Positions 57,994 to 64,000 of a stretch of DNA of 64,000 nucleotides are shown one piece after another. Positions within the stretch are counted from its first letter, which is position 1. The number at the start of each line of letters is the position of its first letter. The position numbers and the translations under genes are program-made. The notes under the pieces were generated by a model that worked only from the letters and a program-made list of their open reading frames with translations, did not search any database and was not told the DNA's origin. The stretch covers positions 4,895,321-4,959,320 of the forward strand of contig OZ244869.1 of NCBI GenBank assembly GCA_965221155.1, written 5' to 3'. This DNA comes from an uncultured Candidatus Binatia bacterium (GTDB taxonomy: Bacteria > Desulfobacterota > Binatia > UBA9968 > JAJDTQ01).

Positions 57994-60225
57994 TCAGGAA
58001 GCCTCGCTGGTGCGGACATCCAACGGGTCCGCCTGCGCCGCCACCGGAAACTCGATGATGAAGCGCGTGCCGTGGGGCTGATTCGGACGCACGCGAATGT
58101 AGCCCCGGTGATCGGCCACGATGGTCCCGACAATTGACAAACCGAGTCCGGTGCCCTCTTTCTTGGTGGAGTAGTAGGGTTCGAAGACCCGGCCCCGATC
58201 CTCCCGGGCGATGCCTTCACCCTCGTCCGCCACCTCCAGGCGAACCATGCCGAAGGTCTCGTCGAACCGGGTCGCGATCTCGATGCGTCCTTTCCCGTCC
58301 AGGGAAGCCACGGCGTTGTCCAGCAGATTGAACAGGGCGCGGTTGATTTGCTCGCGATCCAGCTCCACGGACGGGATCGATGCCTGCTCCGAGAAATCGA
58401 ACTCGACTTCGCGGTGCCCCTCCTTGAACAGGAACAACGCTTCGCGGACCACCTCGTTGAGATCGTCCGGCAGGAGCTGCGCGGTGGGCAGCCGCGCGAA
58501 GTTCGAGAACTCGTTCACCAGGGTTTTGAGCTCATCCACCTGCCGGATGATGGTGGACGTACATTTGTCCAGGACACCCCCGTCTCCGTCCAGGACGTTC
58601 TCATAGCGCTTGCGAAGACGCTGCGCGGAGAGCTGGATCGGCGTGAGCGGATTCTTGATCTCGTGAGCGATACGGCGCGCCACCTCGCGCCACGCCTCCA
58701 CGCGCTGGACCTGTTGGATCTCGGTGATGTCCTCCATGAAGACCATGATGCCGAGCGTGTGGCCGTCGTCGTCCTGGAGGCTGGCGGCCACGGTCATAAG
58801 CGTCCGGTTGCCGTCAGGACCTCCGAGACGGATGCCGCGTTCCACACCCCCGCCCCCCTTCACCTGTTCGATCACCTCCAGCAACGGTCGCAGCTCGGGG
58901 GTTCGCAACGCCTCCTCGTAGTGCCGGTGGAGCACCTCCGACGCCTCCAGGCCGAGGGTCTGTTCGGCTGCCTTGTTGACGATGGTCACCTTGCCGAAAC
59001 GATCCACCGAGATCACCCCGGCGGTGATGTTGGCCAGCAGCGTTTCCATGTACTGCCGGCGCTGCTCCAGTTCGGAGTGGGAATGCTTGAGATCCTCGGT
59101 CATCTGGTTGAAGGAAGCCACCAGCGTTCCGATCTCGTCGTCACCGCTGGTCTCGATGCGATAGTCCAGGTTGCCGTGGGCAACCTCGTGGGTCCCTTCG
59201 GCCAACTGCTGGATCGGCACGGTGATGCCCTTGGCGAGGGCGAGGCCGAACCACGTCGCCGCGAAGATCATGACGAGGGTGATGAGGAGCAGGGTCAGCA
59301 TGTAGGTTTTCTTCACCGGGTCCTTGAGAATGGCCAGATGTTTGTGCTCCTCGTACGATCGGGATATCTGCTGCGCCTTCTTGCTGATGCTCTTGGGCAC
59401 GAAATAGTCCACCACCACGACCCCGATGATTCTCCTTCCGTCGCCGTACACCGGCACCGCGCCCCGCAGCACGTCGCCCTCACCCAGCGGTTGTGTTCGG
59501 GCCACTTCGAGTCCCCGCAGGGCGCTGTTCAGAAAATCCGCCTGGGGGCTTACCGTTACCCCCGTGGGCACCTGGTCGTTGAAGGCCTTCACCAGCGCGG
59601 TCCCATCGGGCTTGTAGATCTCCACGGTACCGAGATTGTATTCCTGCTGCTTGTCCTCCACGAGACGCTTCAGGCCGTCGAATTTCTTCGGTTCGAAGAG
59701 TTCCTCGTCACCGATGCGCTGGCTTAGCTGCCGCGCGAAGAAAAGCGCGTTGTTGGCGGAGTTCTGATAGTAGGTCAGGCTGATGTCGAGGGACCCCTTG
59801 AGTGCGTTCACGATCTGGGAGTCGAACCACTTGTCCACCGAACGGGTCACGAAGCTTTCGGCAATCAGGAACAACATCACGGTGGGCACCAGTGAGATGC
59901 CGATGAAGGCCAACACGAGCCTGCCCTGAAGACGGGAGCCCAGGATTCGCCTCCTCCGGTCCAGGACCAGCTTCAGGAGGTTCCGGGCCACGAGAAACAC
60001 CAGCAGCACCAACAGGATGATGTTGATGTTGACCAGGAGAAAGAACGCGATGTTGCTGGTGAGGGAGTATTCCGCCGCGACGTCCGGCAGGAGGTCCTCG
60101 AAGAACGCGAACAGCAGAATCATCAGGGCGGCGATGAGAATCACCCACCCTTCACGCCTGCGCCGCTTCCGTTCCTCCGATCGAAGCTTCTCCGCCAGTT
60201 CTTCGTTCGTCTTGGCCGTGCTCAT
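57994..60225 (-). CDS. ntrY: NtrY-type sensor histidine kinase (multi-TM, HAMP, PAS, HisKA, HATPase)
   Basis: Three N-terminal TM segments, a periplasmic loop, a fourth TM, HAMP, PAS, H-box HEIKNPLTPIQLSAQRL, and G-boxes (GTGLGLSIV). Lies 71 nt upstream of REC::lpxC on the same strand. Confidence 0.75.
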   Translation of the reverse strand: MSTAKTNEELAEKLRSEERKRRRREGWVILIAALMILLFAFFEDLLPDVAAEYSLTSNIAFFLLVNINIILLVLLVFLVARNLLKLVLDRRRRILGSRLQGRLVLAFIGISLVPTVMLFLIAESFVTRSVDKWFDSQIVNALKGSLDISLTYYQNSANNALFFARQLSQRIGDEELFEPKKFDGLKRLVEDKQQEYNLGTVEIYKPDGTALVKAFNDQVPTGVTVSPQADFLNSALRGLEVARTQPLGEGDVLRGAVPVYGDGRRIIGVVVVDYFVPKSISKKAQQISRSYEEHKHLAILKDPVKKTYMLTLLLITLVMIFAATWFGLALAKGITVPIQQLAEGTHEVAHGNLDYRIETSGDDEIGTLVASFNQMTEDLKHSHSELEQRRQYMETLLANITAGVISVDRFGKVTIVNKAAEQTLGLEASEVLHRHYEEALRTPELRPLLEVIEQVKGGGGVERGIRLGGPDGNRTLMTVAASLQDDDGHTLGIMVFMEDITEIQQVQRVEAWREVARRIAHEIKNPLTPIQLSAQRLRKRYENVLDGDGGVLDKCTSTIIRQVDELKTLVNEFSNFARLPTAQLLPDDLNEVVREALFLFKEGHREVEFDFSEQASIPSVELDREQINRALFNLLDNAVASLDGKGRIEIATRFDETFGMVRLEVADEGEGIAREDRGRVFEPYYSTKKEGTGLGLSIVGTIVADHRGYIRVRPNQPHGTRFIIEFPVAAQADPLDVRTSEAS

Positions 60226-60343
60226 TGGAGTGACCTGACCGCGTGTCCCGCGTCACACCGTTCTATCGCTTCCACCCGTAAAGCACAAAAGAAATGATAG
60301 CGCTCAACAGCCAGGAATCTGCGCCGCAGGAAGACGAGGGTGT

Positions 60344-60364
60344 AGGGGCGGGTTTCAAACCCGC
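60344..60364. repeat. single REP
   Basis: gtgtaGGGGCGGGTTTCAAACCCGCCCgcgcc. Confidence 0.85.
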
Positions 60365-60398
60365 CCGCGCCTGCATGGCGCTGTCGGTCGATACACCC

Positions 60399-61436
60399 TC
60401 ACAACAACCGCTTCTGCCGCTTCTCCCGGTCCACGCGCGACGCGGACTGGGATCGCCCCAGATGCCGGTAGGCCACCGGGGTGGCCACCCGGCCCTGCGG
60501 CCGGCGCTCGAGAAAGCCCGCCTGGATGAGATACGGCTCGTAGGCGTCCTCGACGGTGCCCCGTTCGTCGCCGATGGCGGCCGCCAGGGTATCCAGTCCC
60601 ACGGGTCCGCCGTCAAACTTGTCGATGATGGTGGTGAGAATCAGCGTATCCATCTTGTCGCAGCCCTGCTCATCCACCTCCAGCATCTCCAGGGCCTGGC
60701 ATGCCACGGGCCGGGTGATCCTTCCCTCGCCGTGGACCTCCGCGTAGTCCCGGACCCGCCGCAGCAGCCGGTTGGCGATACGCGGCGTGCCGCGGGAGCG
60801 GCGGGCGATCTCCATGAAGCCCGCGTCATCGCCGCCCACACCCAAGAGAGACGCGGACCGGACGAGCAGCTTCGCCAATACCTGGGGTTCGTAGAAGTCG
60901 AGCCGGAACACCGCGCCGAACCGGTTGCGCAACGCGGGGGTCAGCAAGCCGGAACGGGTGGTGGCGCCGATCAGCGTAAACCGCTTGAGGTCCAGCTTGA
61001 TGGATTTGGCGCCGGGTCCCTGACCGATCATGACGTCCACCTGGAAGTCCTCCATGGCCGGGTACAGCACCTCCTCCACCACGTGGTTGAGGCGATGGAT
61101 CTCGTCGATGAACAGGACGTCTCCGGTGTCGAGATTGGTGAGCAGCGCCGCGAGGTCTCCGGGCCGCTCGATGACCGGACCGGAGGTAGGCCGGATCTCC
61201 ACCTCCATCTCCCTGGCGATGAGATGCGCCAGGGAGGTCTTGCCCAGACCCGGAGGGCCGTGGAAAAGGAGATGGTCCAGCACGTCGCCGCGCCGTTTGG
61301 CGGCCGTAATGGCGATCGCGAGGTTCGCCTTCACGCGGTCCTGTCCGAAATATTCGCTGAACCGTCGGGGCCGGAGGCTCGATTCGTAGACGACGTCCTC
61401 TTCGGTGCCCGCGGGGGAGATGGTCCTGTTTTCCAT
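60399..61436 (-). CDS. ruvB: Holliday junction helicase RuvB
   Basis: Walker [12 protein letters not shown]; full-length RuvB. Confidence 0.95.
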   Translation of the reverse strand: MENRTISPAGTEEDVVYESSLRPRRFSEYFGQDRVKANLAIAITAAKRRGDVLDHLLFHGPPGLGKTSLAHLIAREMEVEIRPTSGPVIERPGDLAALLTNLDTGDVLFIDEIHRLNHVVEEVLYPAMEDFQVDVMIGQGPGAKSIKLDLKRFTLIGATTRSGLLTPALRNRFGAVFRLDFYEPQVLAKLLVRSASLLGVGGDDAGFMEIARRSRGTPRIANRLLRRVRDYAEVHGEGRITRPVACQALEMLEVDEQGCDKMDTLILTTIIDKFDGGPVGLDTLAAAIGDERGTVEDAYEPYLIQAGFLERRPQGRVATPVAYRHLGRSQSASRVDREKRQKRLL

Positions 61437-61469
61437 GAATGCCGTTCCGTTGCACAGACCGGCAGTGGG

Positions 61470-62051
61470 CTACCGGCTGAGTTGACGCAGGGTTTCCTTG
61501 AGCACGGTTTCCAGCTCCGAGGCTCCCTGGCCCAGCACCTGGCGCACGGCACGGTCCGCATCGGCACGGCGATAACCCAGATTCACCAACGCCGATACCG
61601 CGTCGCCTCTGATTCCGGGATCCGCCGCCGGTGGGCCAGCGTCCGGAAGTGCGTATATTCTATCACGCAGCTCCACGATCATGCGATCGGCCAGGCGCTT
61701 GCCCACCCCCGGAATCGATACCAGCCGGGCGACGTCGCCGTCCCTGAGGGCGCCCAACAATTCCCCGGCCGCCATACCCGACAGGATGTTGAGGGCCAAC
61801 CGGGGGCCGATGCCCGAAACCCCGGTCAGCAGCACGAAGGCCTGCTTCTCCGCGGAGTCGAAGAAACCGAACAACTGGAGGGAGTCTTCCCGGACGTGCG
61901 TATACACCAGCAGCGTGACGGGCTCTCCCACCTCCGGCAGCCGGTAAAAGACACTCAGCGCCGTAAAAAGCTGGTAACCGACGCCGCCGACGTCGACGAT
62001 GACCTCGCCCGGCGCCTTGTGGTCCAGTGTTCCGCGAACCTTGGCTATCAC
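61470..62051 (-). CDS. ruvA: Holliday junction DNA-binding protein RuvA
   Basis: Track ORF trimmed to GTG start (M)IAKVRGTLDHK. Confidence 0.85.
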   Translation of the reverse strand: MIAKVRGTLDHKAPGEVIVDVGGVGYQLFTALSVFYRLPEVGEPVTLLVYTHVREDSLQLFGFFDSAEKQAFVLLTGVSGIGPRLALNILSGMAAGELLGALRDGDVARLVSIPGVGKRLADRMIVELRDRIYALPDAGPPAADPGIRGDAVSALVNLGYRRADADRAVRQVLGQGASELETVLKETLRQLSR

Positions 62052-62077
62052 GACGGCTCTCGGAAGACCCGCATGGT

Positions 62078-62642
62078 TCAGCCTTTGCCTCCGGGAAGGG
62101 CATCCGCATCCCACCGCAACCCCCTTGAGCCTCTCCCCCTCCGGCCCGTGGCGGCCAGGACGCTGGTCTGGAAGGCGTGTAGATGGCTGTGGCATATGGC
62201 GGCCGCCAGAGCGTCCGCCGCGTCCTCCTGGGGTTCATCGGCCAGCCGCAAGATGGCCGTGACCATTTGCTGCATCTGGGCCTTGCCCGCGTGTCCGTAG
62301 CCCGTCAGGGCCTTCTTGATCTGAACGGAGTTGTACTCGGACACGGCGATGTCGCGTTCCGCCGCGGCCAGCATGGCCACGCCGCGCACCTGACCGAGCT
62401 TCAACGCGCTCTGGACGTTGCGCGCCAGAAAGACCTTCTCCAGACTGACGTGCCCAGGTTCGTGTTCCCGGATGACCTTGGCCAGCTCCGTGAATATGCG
62501 GTACAGGCGCCGGTCCTGGGACTGGCTGGGAGAAGCTCGGACCGTGCCGTGGGCGACATGTTCCAGGCGGATTCCATCCCCGCGGATCACGCCCCAGCCG
62601 GTCTTCACGGTTCCGGGGTCTATGCCCAGGATCGTTTCGATC
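62078..62642 (-). CDS. ruvC: Holliday junction resolvase RuvC (5' end unresolved: no canonical start upstream of the catalytic GIDPG motif)
   Basis: The in-frame sequence upstream of the track start encodes ...KIETILGIDPGTVKTGWGVI, including the essential first Asp. There is no ATG/GTG/TTG in frame between the yebC stop (62661) and this motif. Confidence 0.7.
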
Positions 62643-62660
62643 TTTCCTTCTCCAACGACG

Positions 62661-63407
62661 TCAGCCGGCCTTCTCCAGGATCTCGTCGGGGATGTCGAAG
62701 TTCGCCGCGACGCTTTGAATGTCGTCGTGGTCTTCGAGTTCCTCGGTGAGGCTGAGGGTCTGCTCGGCTTCCTTCCCGCCGAGTGCGGTGGTGGTCTTGG
62801 GGATCATGGTCACTTCGGCGGAAGCCAAGGGGATCTTCCCGTTCTCGAGACTCTCTCGAACGGCGGCGAAATCCTCCGGCTGGGTGACGACCTCGAACAC
62901 GTCGTCGCTCTCGGTCACGTCCTCGGCGCCGGCCTCCAGGGCCAGCCCCAGCAGCACCTCCTCCTCCACCGCCTCCTTGGACACGACGATGAGTCCCTTG
63001 CTGTCGAACATCCATGCCACGCAGCCCGTCTCTCCCAGACTGCCACCGTGCTTGTTGAACATCCGCCGGATGTCCGACACCGTACGGTTCCGGTTGTCGG
63101 TCAAGACCTGCACCAGAAAAGCCGCGCCTCCGGGGCCGTAGCCCTCGTAGCTGATCTCTTCGTAGGACACCCCTTCGAGCTCGCCGGTGCCCTTCTTGAT
63201 GGCACGGTCGATGTTTTCGTTGGGCATGCTGTTGTCACGAGCCGTCTGCACGGCCGTGCGCAGGCGCGGGTTGGCCGCCACGTCTCCGCCGCCCATGCGG
63301 GCCGCCACCGTGATTTCCTTGATGAACTTGGTGAACAGCGCGCCTCTCTTGGCGTCCTTGGCAGCCTTTTTGTGCTTTATGCTACTCCACTTCGAATGTC
63401 CGGACAT
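62661..63407 (-). CDS. yebC: YebC/PmpR-family transcriptional regulator
   Basis: Track ORF trimmed to [22 protein letters not shown]. Confidence 0.9.
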   Translation of the reverse strand: MSGHSKWSSIKHKKAAKDAKRGALFTKFIKEITVAARMGGGDVAANPRLRTAVQTARDNSMPNENIDRAIKKGTGELEGVSYEEISYEGYGPGGAAFLVQVLTDNRNRTVSDIRRMFNKHGGSLGETGCVAWMFDSKGLIVVSKEAVEEEVLLGLALEAGAEDVTESDDVFEVVTQPEDFAAVRESLENGKIPLASAEVTMIPKTTTALGGKEAEQTLSLTEELEDHDDIQSVAANFDIPDEILEKAG

Positions 63408-63545
63408 GGCGCGAACCTCTCCTCGAACAGCTACTTGCAAAACCGCCCGCCCATGGCGCGTTCGCAACCAAAAAGTACCACAATCCGGGTCGTTCCGTAA
63501 ATGGAGCCAACCGGGCCGCCCACGCTTCCATGGGGCCGACATTGC

Positions 63546-63551
63546 GCTATA
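63546..63551 (+). promoter_or_regulatory. TATAAT -10 hexamer 12 nt upstream of the rlpA ATG (near-leaderless transcript?)
   Basis: gcgcTATAATctacccttgATG. A perfect -10 element is rare in a 68 % GC genome. Divergent from yebC. Confidence 0.3.
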
Positions 63552-63562
63552 ATCTACCCTTG

Positions 63563-64000
63563 ATGGTTCCTGCACGTCTCTGGTGGCGGAGCGCCGGTCT
63601 CCTGTCGTGGGCCGCCGTCTTCCTTCTGCTCTCCGCCTGCGCCTCCACGAAGCCCTCCTTCACGCCCCCGGTGCCGCTCTCGCAGGAGGGCATCGCCTCC
63701 TGGTACGGGCCCGGCTTCCACGGAAAAAAGACCACCAGCGGAACCGTTTACGACCAGTACGCCATGACCGCCGCGCACCAGACCCTGCCGCTGGGCTCCA
63801 GCGTGGTGGTCACCAACCTCACCAATAGCAAGTCGGTGACCGTGCTGATCAACGACCGGGGACCATTCGTCAAGGAGCGGGTGATCGACCTTTCGTACGC
63901 CGCGGCTCTGGCGGTGGACATGATCGGACCGGGAACGGCGCCGGTTCGCGTCGATGTCGTGGACACCGGCGGACACCGGCTCACCGGCATCCCCGACCGC
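63563..64000 (+). CDS. rlpA: septal ring lytic transglycosylase RlpA (N-terminal part; continues beyond window)
   Basis: Lipoprotein signal (LLLSACAS) then a DPBB domain ([22 protein letters not shown]...[22 protein letters not shown]). Not in the ORF track because it runs off the edge. Confidence 0.8.
   Translation, partial: MVPARLWWRSAGLLSWAAVFLLLSACASTKPSFTPPVPLSQEGIASWYGPGFHGKKTTSGTVYDQYAMTAAHQTLPLGSSVVVTNLTNSKSVTVLINDRGPFVKERVIDLSYAAALAVDMIGPGTAPVRVDVVDTGGHRLTGIPDR

Overview
64 kb of high-GC (~68 %) chromosome from a Gram-negative (LPS-producing) bacterium; taxon not determinable from the window alone. All calls are manual six-frame reading and motif recognition: no database search was run, and my own base counting may be off by 1-2 nt where coordinates were not taken from the ORF track.

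Gene content, in order:
- Partial ammonium transporter (amtB, 1-1041) and a CXXCH-heme lipoprotein.
- A cytoplasmic TPR protein with acidic tandem repeats, and a HAMP sensor whose ORF ends exactly at a MITE terminus (4530-6008).
- A complete but rearranged tad/Flp pilus locus (6226-19744): tadD-like TPR lipoprotein fused to three SPOR domains, cpaA, cpaB | tadC, tadB, cpaF/tadA, [600-bp REP array], cpaE, rcpB-like lipoprotein, cpaC secretin, flp, tadG(vWA), tadE, tadF. Its 5' region has a candidate sigma-54 promoter and a perfect 33-bp palindromic enhancer-like site next to an NtrC-type activator and a hybrid kinase.
- An ispH-like / ubiD-like / TIGR00725 (LOG-like) gene trio (24655-27643).
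- An AI-2E transporter, then a REP-associated tyrosine transposase (RAYT) between two arrays of long composite REP units (28875-30810).
- ABC exporter pair, amidohydrolase, MFS transporter, pncB, class II aldolase, tatC, an Ala-rich lipoprotein, murJ, rpsT, lptE, leuS.
- nusB-ribH-ribBA-ribE-ribD-nrdR, glyA, acpP-fabG-fabD-plsX-rpmF-yceD.
- An HtrA-like protein lacking catalytic His and Ser; a 4HBT thioesterase.
- An NtrY-type kinase immediately upstream of a receiver-domain::LpxC fusion gene (56579-60225).
- ruvB, ruvA, ruvC, yebC, and the start of rlpA.

Repeat content: the window is saturated with a 21-bp palindromic REP (GGGCGGGTTT[C/G]AAACCCGCCC), found as singletons, inverted doublets and three tandem arrays. 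A ~190-210 bp MITE with TA-flanked inverted termini occurs three times, each within 35 bp of a start codon.

Most promising undescribed candidates:
1. The NtrY-kinase / receiver-LpxC pair.
2. The divergent IspH-like / UbiD-like / TIGR00725 cluster.
3. The RAYT/REP/MITE mobile repertoire, including a 600-bp REP array inside the tad operon and antisense-oriented gene fragments next to these elements.
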